In this document: positions 12,742 to 25,620 of the stretch, piece by piece
How the letters are laid out: the number at the start of each line of letters is the position of its first letter
How positions within the stretch are numbered: the first letter of the stretch is position 1
Source of the DNA: Klebsormidium nitens
Lineage: Eukaryota; Plantae; Klebsormidiophyceae
Reading direction: 5' to 3'
DNA length: 64,000 nucleotides
Assembly: GCA_000708835.1 (NCBI GenBank)
Contig: DF237175.1
Span: forward strand, 62,001-126,000
Notes under the pieces: generated by a model
Database searches by the model: none
The model's input: only the letters and a program-made list of their open reading frames with translations
Told to the model about the DNA's origin: nothing
Program-made: the position numbers and the translations under genes

Positions 12742-15700
12742 CTAATAGAACACGAAATCGGGCCCAACCTCCTCTTCCCGGGCGTAGATGTCTTGACAGA
12801 CTTGCTCGGCCCCGTTCATCCGCCTGATGAAGCCGATGTGCAACGTGAAGGTTGACCACAGATTGCCGACGAACAGCCTCCCCTGAGAGCAGACGGCCTG
12901 CATCGAACGAAAACGTCCCCGATCAGACTTTCTCAATCGTTCTTCAATGGTTTGCCCCCTGCATGAATGCGCCAAAGCCCCCTCGACAGCAAACGAAGAC
13001 CGTTACAGCTCGTCATTACGCCCCTGAGGTAATAAAGCTGACCGTTGAGGACACGATGTCAATACTTCGTCGGTTCAGGAAGTGTTCCGATGGGTAGTTC
13101 TTGAACAGAAGCGGTGTGACAAATTGCAAAATCAGTTTTGGTTTGACCGGAATACTCCCCGTGCGGAAGAACCCACCTGGTCAATCTGCCCGAGCCGCAT
13201 CGTTTCCTCCCCGTTCTCGTTGGTCACGTGATTCCAGCCCCAGGCGGGGAAGAAGTCCCCCAGGAAGTGCACCTCCTTGTACCCGCCGTGGCTGAAGAGC
13301 ACCCGGGTCTCCTCAATGGAGGCATCTGTACTGATGTACAGCACTTCCTCGGGGGGCAGGTACACCTTGAGCAGGTCCACGATCTGCACAAACACGGGGT
13401 CCAATGATTCAGGGAACAGTAAGCCGGGGGGACAGTAACTGGGACGAGTGGGACTCGAGAGGGTTAGGGTGGTTATGAGAAGTCAATGGCCAGCTTTAAC
13501 GAAAGTGCGACACAGGCGCTGCCTTTAGGAGGTCCGCTGTCTGGAAGGGGCAGAGTCCTCTACATTGGGCAGTCTATTCTTCTATGATGGGGACTACTTT
13601 TCACCTGGACGGTTATCTTTCGACCAGAATCCCGGTCTCGAACAAGGATAACTATCAACGTACGCGTGTCGTCGCCTTGACCTAAAGGAAGTACAATTGT
13701 CCTGCATCCAAAGCGAAGCAACAGCTTATGAAATAGGTCCCACTTCTGAGCAGCAAACGCCCGGCCGATAATGCAGAGGAGCTGGATCACCGCCCGCTTT
13801 TATATCCGACATGGTAGCGAGCGCGCTGGCAGCGGGCAGGCCTCACCTCCTCCATCGACTTTTCGTACTTTGGGTGCAGCGTCAGGAACGTGTCGCCCCG
13901 ACGTAGATGGAAGCAGTTGTACGTGTTACTCGGAGTCATCTGCACATGGCGCCCGGTCCTTTCAATGAGTGAACACTCCCTCCTGGAAAAGTATTTCACA
14001 ACGCCACGAATGCAGAGTCTTCGAACCCAATTTCATTTTCATTTCAAAGAGGATATGTCGAGCGCTGCAACTTTTTAGTGTCCTTGCTTAATCGCAAAAG
14101 CTAAGCCGTGAGGGGCCGTTTACCCGTCGGAAAAGATTTTTGGGTTCTCCGGCCTCTAAGCTATCAAGGAAATCTGTTTACTGGCATGGTCTTCCGTGCT
14201 TCGGGGGTGAGAGAGCCCGGCAGTAAGAGCGCAAGAAGCGAAGCAGACTGCGCAGACACACTTCGATGAATCTCTCTGTGGCTGCAGTGCAGCGCCGGTT
14301 TGTTTTTACATACCTACGCCTCACATAAGAATCCTCCAATTTCCCATTCTTCAGGCTGGACGCCTAAAGTAATGACACCCTGCATCAAGGAAGCAGAGCG
14401 CTCACCTCTCTTAACGCATCGACTGTCTGATTCCGCAAAGCGGCCGTAACCGGATGCGGCGCCAATCCCCTGTAAACCCTCTGATCGAATGCGAGCTGCT
14501 TTGCCGCGTCTTTGAACTGTCCGAACCGGCGGAAGGCCGAATAGAAGACGAGGAGAGGGTCCGAATTGCTGCCGAACCACTCCGTGACCTCCTCTTCGGT
14601 CGCGCCGAAGTGGTACCTGCACGTTACGGAGTCCGCTTTCAGAGACTCGGTGTGCATGATATGTTTAATCAACTTACGTCAGCAGTCTGTCGTAGGCCCT
14701 AGGGCTTCATCAGATTCTCCGTAGCTGTCGCATCGTCGGTTTCGGCAGAGGAGCTCGGGTCTATCACATCCAGAGCGCTAGTAGGGTACTTCCGAGTTCC
14801 ATCCAGACTTTGTGTGACGGCCGAGTTAATGTTTGAAGGGGCGTCAGCTTATTAGAACGACTTCGAGGCACGAATTAACCAGGCCTGCAACTTCAGAGCC
14901 TCCCACGTGGGGGTCAAACGACTCGCATGCGAGGGACAACGTCAAAGTCGACACGGCCTTTTGACGTGATCCGAGGGAAAGATACATGTGTGCTTTAGCG
15001 TCCCAATAGTGAACACATGGAATTGCCGAAAGGCGCAAAGAGAGGCTGGTGTCGTTCTGCGAAAGGTCGATATTAGAGAGCCTCACCGAGAGGCCTTGAA
15101 GTTTTTCAGTCGTCCCAACCATGGCGCATCCGGAGGCGGCTTCGGGTCGGTGCTGATGTCGATGTTTTGAATGGGGAGCTGCGCATGGAGCGGACGAAGA
15201 AACTTTCAGACGTCGACGAGTAAACCTTCAATATTTTTGTAGTCAATCCGCATTCAGCATGAGTGATTCGAGCTGAACCGGATCAACAATGGTGATGAGA
15301 TGAGTAAGTGCTATACTGCTGCTTGGCCGGACGTTAAACCTCAAACCGAAGGTGATTTGCGGCGATGTTAGGTGCATCACGATTGAGTGAGAGCATAAAC
15401 TGGGCGTTCCAGGACAGAGGGTCCGAGGCGCTCGGTGAGGAAGTAAGGCCTGGTTTCGAAGAGGAAAAGGAGACTACGAGCATTTGTAGGGATTGTCCGA
15501 TGCGTTGCACAGGGGCCTGATTGCCTCTGCAGGCTAAAATCAACGCTCGATATGATCGGACGACATAGATCCTATGCATCGGCAGACTGCCTGATACGCA
15601 ACTTGATAACATCCTCAATTGCTAGCAGTATTCTATTAGGGCAGGTAAAGGGACGTGATCCTTCGAAAGCACCCGTACTTCCAGTCACCTCGCAATCAGA

Positions 15701-18067
15701 ATGACACTAAGCATACCACACTGCATTATGAGAGGCACTGCCCGCCTTCTCTCACCTTCTCCCAGTCCGGGAACAGCACCTCCAGCATGCTCCCGGGAAG
15801 CGTGTCCGGGAACTCCGCCTCAAACCCATCATAATCAAAGAAGTAGTCCAGCAGCACCGGCGTCGCTTGCTTATGCTCCCGGTAGAACCTCGGTAGGACA
15901 AGCGTGCGCCCCATATACTCGGCCATCGCAAGCGCCGTCCGCAGCTCCTGCCGCTGGTTGTTCAGCCCGTTGTGCTCCAACTCCTCAAAATAATACATGA
16001 ACCCCCGGCCCCCGTTGCACGCGCCCCCCTCGGCTTTCAGCCCCCTCCGCCTGCGCCTCTGCTGTTTCCCCCCCTGCTCCGCCATCTGCTGTAGCTGCGC
16101 CCCCTGGCTTCGAAGACATGTCACCAGCGCTCTGTCGGCGGACCACAACCTCGCCTCCCGGAACCGGTACCTGACATTTCGGGGGGAGAACGACCCCCCC
16201 GAGACGTCAAACGCGCCTGCCAAAAAATCGCCCCCAGTGGGGGGTTCTGGCTGCACCTCCGCAAGGCCATCCCAGAACCGCCCTCGATTGATGGACTCCC
16301 ATGTCAACCCCCCTCCAAGCGAAACTTTGCCCGGGAGCGGGTCGCTTCCCCCACCGTCTGCAAGCTTCAGCACAGCATTCAGCACCTCCTCTTCCTTGAC
16401 CCCCGGGTACGAGGTCACCGCCTCCGCCATTGTCCTCAGAAACGCGAGCGTGTTTTTGGACGGCCGCAGAAAGGCCACCGACGTGCCCGCCCCTAGTTGA
16501 TCCCCCTCTTGCAACCTCCTCCTGCTCCCTCCCCTACCTGACTCCTGCAACTTTCTCGTGCTTTTCAAGGGGCCCCCTGGTACAGCCACAGCTGCTGGCC
16601 TCTGCTGTATCAACTGCAAGCTTTGCCCCGCCCCAAGCGCATCCCAGGGCTTCCGCAGCCAGACCATCTCAAGCGAAGAGAAGACAACCGTGTACCCCAG
16701 ATCAACAGCTTCTGTCAGCAGCTGATACTTGGCCTCGGTGCGTGGGACACTTCCGTTAAAGAACGGATACACATAGCCGTAACCAATTTCCTGCATGCGA
16801 GTTGTCAAAGTGAGACATGACTGGTACGAGGCCAGGGGAGTGGAAGAGTCTGCCGCACTGAAGCTGATTGGACCCTGATTTTTGATAAGCTCAAAGTCCC
16901 TACCAAATAAGCTCAACCAAAGTGTCTGATTTAGAAACATTCGGATGCTTGGCATGCCAAGCAAAGGCAAATGATCAAGTGAACCAACTTGCAAAGAGGC
17001 ACTTATAATGCAACAACAGGCGCACGGCCTCCTTTCAAAATCAGCCCCCTGCCAAGTTACCCCAATGTCAGTAAGTCTCACCGCAGCTTTTGATGCTGTT
17101 GCAGAGTCAAGCGCCACCAGGAGCAGATTCTCAACGAACGCCGCATCTTTTGCAAAGTAGAAAAAGTTTGCCAAGAGGTCGTACTCTTCCACCAGGTAAT
17201 CACTCTTTCCAGCCAACACGATTGCAACCTGTTGCAAAGGACGTTTGCAGCAGTCAGAAGTCACTTGAGCAGAAAAGTTGCTTGCTTGCGGTGACACAAT
17301 CATGCAATGAGCTAGTACTTCAAAAAATTGCAGGCTACTGCTAGAAGAAGCATTGTAAATTGAAGATGACGGACGTCAGAAGTGAAAGCATCAATACCAA
17401 ATCATAAAGCACAAGCTCAACGGTCTGCTCAGGCCTGGACCAAGACACCACAGAGGTTGCAACAGCACAAACTCCTCACCTCTTTATTCTGCGAGGCGGC
17501 ACCTTCCAGAAAAACATTAAGCACTTGTAGCTGCTCACTGGTCAGCCAGTGTCGATGTGACATTTGTGCATCTTCCCTGCTGCAAAAGAAAGATAGCAAA
17601 CTTGGGTCAAATGGGTCCAAAATCGAAGTGCGCAAAGGCGTTTCCAATAAACAATGGTGAGATTCATCTGGTTTGCGAAGCACTGCTCCCACTGCTTCTC
17701 AGAGTGAGAAGCTCCTTCACTAAACTGCACGTCAGGAGCTGTTGAGAAAAGAGCTATGAGCTTTTCTGCAGCCAGACTTGTGAGCTGGACGAAAATGCGC
17801 CCAGAAATTGGTCCAGATTGCAAGCTACAAGATTGCAGGGTGCATGCAGAACTCTCTCTGCTGACATGGGCCAATCACAATAACACTGCACAATTTTGCT
17901 CTCAAAGACAGCGCCTACCTGAGAGAAAGCCTGAAAGACTGCTGCAGGAAGAGACATGGCATCAGGGATCCCAGGAGGATGACAAGGAAAACCAGCCCTC
18001 GCCGGCGTGTCCCACAATCATCCCACCGCTTGGTGGCACCATGTCGTAACGGAGAAAATCTGGTCAT
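12742..18067 (-). CDS. Type II membrane glycosyltransferase fusion: GT77-like nucleotide-diphospho-sugar transferase domain plus GDP-fucose O-fucosyltransferase domain
   Basis: Exon 18067-17919 encodes MTRFSP..RRRGLVFLVILLGSLMPCLFL (signal anchor). It is followed by ~17579-17480 (LNVFLEGAASQNKE), ~17231-17082 and 16790-15756 (KYQLLTEAVDLGYTVVFSSLEMVWLRKPW.., then NGLNNQRQELRTALAMAEYMGRTLVLP). Further exons are ~15178-15087, 14616-~14410, ~13945-13850 (CFHLRRGDTF), ~13385-13180 (VLYISTD..EVHFLGDF..LGQIDQ) and ~12900-12742 (AVCSQGRLFVGNLWSTFT..). GLNNQ, LVLP, HLRRGD, LYISTD and DQ.VC..G..FVG..STFT are O-FucT (PF10250-type) hallmarks. Confidence 0.85.
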
Positions 18068-19717
18068 CTTCCCCAAACAAACACAGATGCTAGACCAGGT
18101 AGTCTTGGTCTAAATAAACATCTGTAAACTCCCACTGGGGATGGGCGCAAGTCGCGCCAACTCATTGAAAGAACTTGATCTCATTAGACCAATCAAGGGT
18201 GTCACATTACAGATCTAGCACACCCCTTAGTGCTTTGCAGCATTACAAACTTAAAGGTATTCCCTTGGGCCCAACTTCTTATCATAAACTTAGTTGAGAT
18301 TAGTGGCTGTTTACAACCGGTGCAGGAGCGGGTGCGGGCAAGTGTAGGATACAACAGACAAAACGCTTTAGAGGAACCCTTGTGGATGAAGCGGGGGATG
18401 AAGCACTGAATTCAGATCCAGTGTGCTCAGGAAGGAACGTATCCTGTACCAAATTTGCGCCTCATCACAGTATCATCTGAGTATGCTGTCACTGTTGACA
18501 ATTGGCAACAGTGGGCGAACGAAGGCCTCACAAAATGCCGTCATAGCGCCCCAGAAAAGCTTGTCCCAGAACTCGCCCACTTCTAAGTTCTGATCTGAAA
18601 TGAGTTGACCAGCATTCACGGGATCCTGGCCAGTAACGATGAATCCCGGCGGTCCAAACTGTCAGCATTAAATGTTGGACGGTGCGATGAGCTTGGAATC
18701 TTTGCTTATTCTGCCCGTCAAATGGAGTTCTTCACAATCGACGGTTCGAGTGTCGTCCCTGTAAAATTAGGGTTTGAGAACTTAGAAAGCTGTACACATA
18801 GGTACCTGCCTAAAAATTCAATGCTATAGGCTGTGGGTATAGCTAAAGAACTTGTGGGAGAGAGCTAGTAGCGCCTTTCTTGCCGTTCGCATTGGCATCG
18901 ATTGGCATCTTTTCGGGTGTTCCGAAGCTCACAGGCGTTTGGATGATCGTCTTTCTATCTAGAACTGACTCTCGCTTCATGGGGTCTAGCTAATGACAGC
19001 AAGAGCTTGACTTATGGCCGGCACAGAACTCATTTGCATGGTGGCATCATTGCTCAGCTAAATTTTACCAAGTTGTAAGCACCAAAGCAGCAGCCTTGTA
19101 CGGAAAATAAGTAGCTCTGCTGGAGCCCGCTAGCGTTCCTGTGTCATCTGCTTGTTCTGCAGCAGTGTGAAAAGGTTCTGGTAGCGCCAAGCATGTCTCG
19201 ACAACCTGCTCTGAGGTAAGTAATGAAACGACATTGAGGAGGACCTTGATTTTCGTACCACTCAGTAATCCTTCGCAATTGGCAAAGTGCACTGCAGCTT
19301 TTCATCTTTCAATGCCAAGATTGACATGGCACTGTTGCCCTTGTCTTGTTGCATTGCTTTTCAACTGTGAGGACTTTGTCACACGCCCCTCTCAGCAGAA
19401 TCAGAATGATGAAGGAACGAGAGAAATGATGGGCTGCATCAGGCATGGCAAAGGAAACGGTGTTGCATATGTTTCAGGATATCCTTGATGTTCCTGATTC
19501 ATTGTAAAGTCTCTGGGGAGTTATGAATGGAGGCTCGTATTTTGGTGTGCGTCAATGTGCTTGCCTGGGATCAATCATCTAGAAAGTTGCTAGTGATAAG
19601 TTTTGCTGGCACTCATACATTTCTAGTGAAAGGAAAGGGACCCAATGAAAGTGTCAGGTATCTGTGGTCTTTCGTACTGATCCTCCTTGTACTGACTTTG
19701 GTCTTGAAAGATCTCAG

Positions 19718-22700
19718 GGCTGCCGACTCTCATGTTCAAAATGAGGCCTACCTGGCAAGGCTGGGGGAGGCGATGGCACAACTGGAGATGGCATGGATCT
19801 CTGAGAAGCCAACTGCTGTTGCCCCCTGCTTGGATACGCCATCGTCAACTCAAGACAGGGAGTCGAAATTGAGGCTCCTGAAGGGGAAGCTCAGACGGAG
19901 AAGCAGTGGGGGGGAGGCAGCCTCCGAGAGTGGGGCCGACAGCCAGGCTGATGACAGTACTGGATGCAAAGTCAGGGAAGATCCAGAACCCTCAAAGGCT
20001 CGGTTAAGAAGTCGGTCGGAAAACGTACAGGACGGATTACCCTCAAAAACCTGGTTAAGGAGTGGGTTAGAAAGTGGTACAGCCACTGGTAGGGAGCAGA
20101 ATGGGAGCTCATCGGTTGTGGGGCAGCTTGCCAGGACGGACTCAGGGCCCAGACTAGTTGCCGAGACAAACAGGGCGCCTCGGAGAAGCGGCTCTGAGTT
20201 CGATCTTAACGGGAGGCGGGTTAGCGGGGGTGCTACAAAGTCGGAACAAGACCTGAAACCTGGATTGCAACCAGTGCCTCGTGACAGTTCTTCCCACTCA
20301 ACTTCTCACTCTGGCAGAAACTCAGTTGTAAAGGGACCCGTCATTTCTAAGCAACCAGATTATCAGAGCTTCCCAGCGAAGAAAGGTGCGAGGAGCGGTG
20401 TTTCAGCAGGAGCTTTGGAACATGGTTTGGAAGGAACTCTAGCCGGCGACGAGCCGTCCACCAGTCATGCATCGCTCTGTCCCGGTCCCCATTCATCCTG
20501 TCCGGGTGTGTCGGATGACCAACGGTGGAACAAAGGCCCAATGGACGAGGCGGGAAGAGTAACGAAGCTCTCCGAGCTACCGGTGAGCAGACCGTTAGAT
20601 AGTCACTCCCGTTCTCCAGCCAAGAAGCTCCAAACAAGTAATTTGATTGGCAGAAAGCATTCTAATGAGGCTAACAGGGCTCCCCTTGTCTTTCACATAA
20701 TGAGGAAGCACTTTCTTTTGCCCGTTCGTCTGCCGTTCGATTAACGTTCTACTCAACCTGCGGGGGAAAATGCGTCAGTCTTCCTTGAACATCATTACAA
20801 AACATGCGAGTCAACAAGACGAGAACCCGTTAACCATGTTCCTTGATCACCATTGCAAGGATCATGGTGGATGCGCTTTTCCTCCCCGACCTCTTTGCCT
20901 GATCTACAGCCGAAGCCATGTCTACTTCGTTTTGCCTTCTCGAGCCCTCCTTTTCTGAGAACCCTCCCTTTCTGTCCATGTCGTATATGACACCACCTTC
21001 ACGTAGCTTAGAAATTTGTTAAGAGAGAACCCTCTTGAATCTTTCTTTGATAGACGCTTCCACCCCAGCCATCGGCCCATCATTCTTCATACTTCATGTT
21101 TCACATCGGCCACTCTTTGGAATTCAATCTTCCACCCCATTCAATCGCAAACCTTCTTTTGCAGACCCCATTTGCAAACCTGTCTGCAAAGCCCAATCGC
21201 AAACCCTCTTTTTTTTACCCCGCAGATTCTGTGCATGAGCGTACTGGGCAACGAGGCCGTCGTCGGCTCCTCGGACCACGCTGTGTACACGGTGGATTTG
21301 GACACCGGACGAAAGAAACGGACGCTGTATGGCAAGACTGCCGGCCACACGGAGTGGGTCACCTGCGTCACGCACCTGCCGGATGGGCGTATCCTCAGGT
21401 GAGCGTCCGCGAAGAGCGGGTTCAAGCAAGACCAGCAAACTCCGAAATCCAGCCTGGGGACTGTATGAAACGAGTGACGATGTGGCGAGGTTCGGGGATT
21501 TTCGGGGCCCTTCTCGAATACCTTGGACCACGTGCAGATTGCCCAGGCTTTTGCACGTAAGAAACTCGCCCCGTCATCACTTTCAGCGTTGCTCAATTCC
21601 GAATTCAAATCCCCTGTCTCTCTTCGACCCCGCTCGTGAAGGTCCAGGTACGAACACTTTGCTCGAAGCCTGTGCGTGTTAAATGCAATGGGCGGTCTGC
21701 AGGTACAATGGCTTTGGGATTGGCTTACATTGCACGGACATAGTCCCATTCTCTCGACATTTCTAGATCAATCTCACCTTCCGAGGCTCTTAGCCGAAGC
21801 GATTGTTTTCGGCAACACGATGGCGTTGCTCGGTCAGATCAAAAAGAAGCCTTTGCAAACTCAACGGGGGTGGATATGGCGAGATTAACGGAGCTCTTCG
21901 AAGTGCAATCTTGGGATGTCAGCGCTTGCGAAGAACCGGAAAGTCTCTGGAGTTGCTGTCCATCGTCTCGGGGCACGACGCTTGCTGCTTCCGGGCAGGA
22001 ACCAGAGGCAGAGGTGTAACAATGCAAGCACGCTGCGTCAAAGCCTTAAGTAGCGAAGTAATCCTCCTTTTCTGCAGTGGCGGCATGGACAACCGCCTTC
22101 TGCTCTGGTCGTCATCAAGCGTGACGCACTGCGAACTCCCTGGCCACACAGCGTCGATCTCAGCCGTTCAGTGCTCATCGGACGGCAGCCTCGCGGTCTC
22201 CTCTTCTTACGACAAGACGCTCCGGGTTTGGGCGCTGCCCGGAGCTGACGCTCGCGGCGTGGGGCGGGGCAAGGGTTCAGGGTTTAAGGGTACTGCCACG
22301 TGTCTCGTGGGACACGTGGCGCCCGTTTTGGACTTCGCGTGGACGGCCGGGAAGGTCGTCAGCGGGGCGCGGGACGGGTGCGTCATTTTGTGGGTGAGGT
22401 GCTGGAGATGCTCCGCTTATCTTCTTCGTTTCCTCCTTTCGTCTGATTCGTATCCTCGTCTTCAAATTTTCCCTTTACTGCTTCTGTTTTCTTGGAATGA
22501 GTTTTGTTCGAAGGGACGAGGAATAGCATCAGAAGTGGAGGGGATTTGTCGCTGCGCACAAAAGGTATATCAAGCCTTTCTGTCGGAATATCGCGTCCTT
22601 TGTTCGTTACGAAACAGATATTGGACATGGGTTTTCTGGGCTTTCAAATGCCTTTGAGATCACACCTGTCCGGGTAAAGGTCGTAAGCAACTGATACAAG

Positions 22701-24566
22701 CCGTCCCCAACTCAGGTGCGGAGCGTGTTAAACCTTGGGTTTACGCTTTCAATAACCGTTGTTGTTACCCTTCATGGCGCTTAACCTTCATGAAACCAAT
22801 AGTTAACCCTGTTTCCTGACAGGACATCGGAGCAGCGGCTTCGTCCCGACAGCTGAAGCGCGCCCACGTGGGCCACGTGACGGCCCTCGTCTGGTCGGAC
22901 GCCGGGGGCAGTCCGCAGTCCGAAGAGCGTACGAATCTCTTTTTGACCGGCGGCCAAGACGGCTTCCTTAGGGCGTGGGACGGCCGCACGGACCGGGCAG
23001 TCGCTGAGGTGCCGGTACACGTGGCAGCCAGCGGGACCGGTGAGAATTCGTTGCGCCTTTGCTAAGATCGATTGTCGCAGCCGTCCAAACTTTGGTGTAT
23101 GAGTTACCGAGTTGCGGTGTTGAATTTGCAGTGCAAGGTACGGCTTTCTAACCACGTCGCTCGCTACATCGCTAGCGCCGAGAACTCAACACAACAGATA
23201 AGCAAAGATCAGTGGATTCAGTCCATGAACCGCTTCATGCAATCTGCAATTCCAAAACTTAATCTCATCTAACGAGTCATTCGGGCCATCTCAATTGGGA
23301 GCCAGGTTAGAGCTGGCAAGTGTTGCAGGACCAAGGGTTGTATGCCAAAGCAAACGTTCGTCGAGGAATGCCTTCGGAAGGAGAGTCATGTCTCGGCTTC
23401 CTTTGCGCCAGACGGTTGTCATTCTGCAACGTCGTCAGCGTTTCCGCCGCGGTCGGAATAAAAGCATGGAGAGGGAACGAGATAGATCCATCGAGGGACT
23501 GACGCTATTACGATCCTGTTCACAACGTGCGCTCGGGGGGTCATGGCAATTCATTCATTGATTGCGTCCATTCAGAACGACCCATTCAATCAGATTAGGG
23601 TTTTAACTTGTCAGTATCTCCTCCAGTAGATAAATGAACGAAGATTAAAGGCGGCCGTATCACGTGACGTGGCCGTCAGCCGCAGTCATATAGACCTCCT
23701 CAACTTTGACTTCACTGACGTCATTCCGACCTCAACCAGTTTTTCAGTCAGAAAGCCGTCATCTTCGCAAGCCGTTCCGCTGACCTCGTCCTCTCCCGCT
23801 CCTCAGGCGCCGTCAGCAGCATCCGCGTGGCTGCTGACGTCATCGTGACGGCCGGGGCGGACGGGATGGTGCGCGTGCTGGACCCCCGGGCGTCCTTCCG
23901 TGTGCGGAACTCCTTGACGGGCCCCGGGGGCTTCCTCTACTCGCTCCACGTGGCAGGCCGGACGGCGTTCAGGTACGCCGCCTGAACGTGTTTTGCAGAA
24001 AAGAAATCAAGAGTCCAGACGACTATTTTCGGCTCTGTTTCCGTTACAATTTTTTTAAAGTCCTGGTGCTGCTCGCAACGATTGCGTACCTGCTTGAGAT
24101 TCTGAAGCATACAAGTCAAACAGCTTCCCTTTCATCAACAAGGAAGTCTTTCTCGAGTAACGGCTGCTGAACGGCGTTCCATCGGTCTGGTAAGTCTGGG
24201 TTGTTCAAGACAGTGTTGGTGACGGAACTATCAAGATTGATGCACAAACTTCTCAAAAAGCAATCTGCGCCCCTTTCATGGTGCCATTCTCCTCGTGCAG
24301 TTAGCTATGGCTGCTTTCGTACAGAATTCTCTGTCCTTACAAACTCGCCGTCGATATTCCTCCTGGCTGAGCTTGGACCTATCGTCTATTGCCATTTTCG
24401 CAGTGGCGGGGGCGACGGTTCAGTTTTGGTCCACGACATCCTGGATGGCCGGACACTTTACGGGCTGGGGGCGATCAACAACGGAGCAGTGCGGTGCATA
24501 GACACAGGTGACAGTAAGCTTGTTTGCGCGGGTGATGATGGCACCCTCATCACATACTGCTACTGA
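19718..24566 (+). CDS. WD40-repeat protein with a long Ser/Arg/Gly-rich disordered N-terminus; start codon uncertain
   Basis: A large low-complexity exon ends ..VTKLSELP|gtgagc at ~20583 and joins in phase to 21226-21398 (ILCMSVLGNEAVVGSSDHA..GHTEWVTCV), then 22078-22393, 22823-23039, 23807-23972 and 24404-24566. Repeated GH..V...S.S.D.T.R.W patterns give about 7 WD blades. Confidence 0.8.
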
Positions 24567-25620
24567 CTGGGTGGGCTAGTTGTATTTTAGCGGCGGAAAT
24601 AGGAACGAAAGCCCCTTGTAACATTTGTTGTACAGTAATGTTGACTGCTGGTTGCACCACCCCGCGACGTATTCGAACAACGAGTACCTGCAACTGGGAT
24701 GCACTGACAGAAAACGCAACATGAAAAGCTCAGACTTTGTTCTGCCGTCAAGCTCTGACGACCGAAAGGAAGTCGCAATGAGATGCACCATGTAGGATAG
24801 AGGACAGACTGTTAGTATCATCCTGGATGCATGACCGTCCGACGGGTACCGTCTCTACGTGCCGCATCTACATTCTGACCACTAGCTACATTCATGCTCA
24901 GTCGGAGCTAGTGCGCAGCAGCACGCATGCCTATACAGATGCGCAAATCATGAGCAAGTACACTGCAAGTTGCGCCAACTTGCCGGGCTATAGGAACCGT
25001 CGTTGCTCTATAGTAGCTAGCCGTTCAGTGTGTGTGCATATATATGCGGATGTCATCGACAGCCGGTCGCCATGACGGCCGGCGCAGCATGGTCGATACA
25101 TGAATTTGCAATAAGAATGCTGGCGCTGAGTCAAATGGATAAAACAAGCAATCCTTGAGCTTCCCCAGTGCAGTTGGCAGCGCCACATGTGAGCACATGC
25201 AAACCGAAGTACCATCTGAATACCACGAGATTGTACCGATCATAGTACCTACGCAAAGCCAGACACATGGACACGATGCAGGTTGCAACTTTTTGCCTAT
25301 ATGTTGAACCTTTGATTAACCTGGGCATGTAAAGTAGTTGAGCTTCCTGACATATGGACATGAAACGTGCACCCTAAGCACATTCTCCCTAAAGTGATTG
25401 ACAAAGCCTATCAGAGCCTGCTACTAAAACCTCCTAAAAACATAAGCTTTTCAAAGGTGCTCTTCACAGCAGCCTGACTGGGCGTGCTGAATAAGCACGC
25501 ACAACCTGACGATAAACCCCTACCTCCCCTCCCCCCAATATCCAGAGTCTCTTCTTATGATACAAGTAGCTCCGCTGAGCTGCCGCAGCAAGACACACGC
25601 AGAGTTTCTATCCCCGAGTG

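Noticed and set aside
18767-18775. TTAGGGTTT as an interstitial telomere remnant (also ~23596, ~26862)
   Set aside because: Single units only, with no tandem array; at most promoter telo-boxes.
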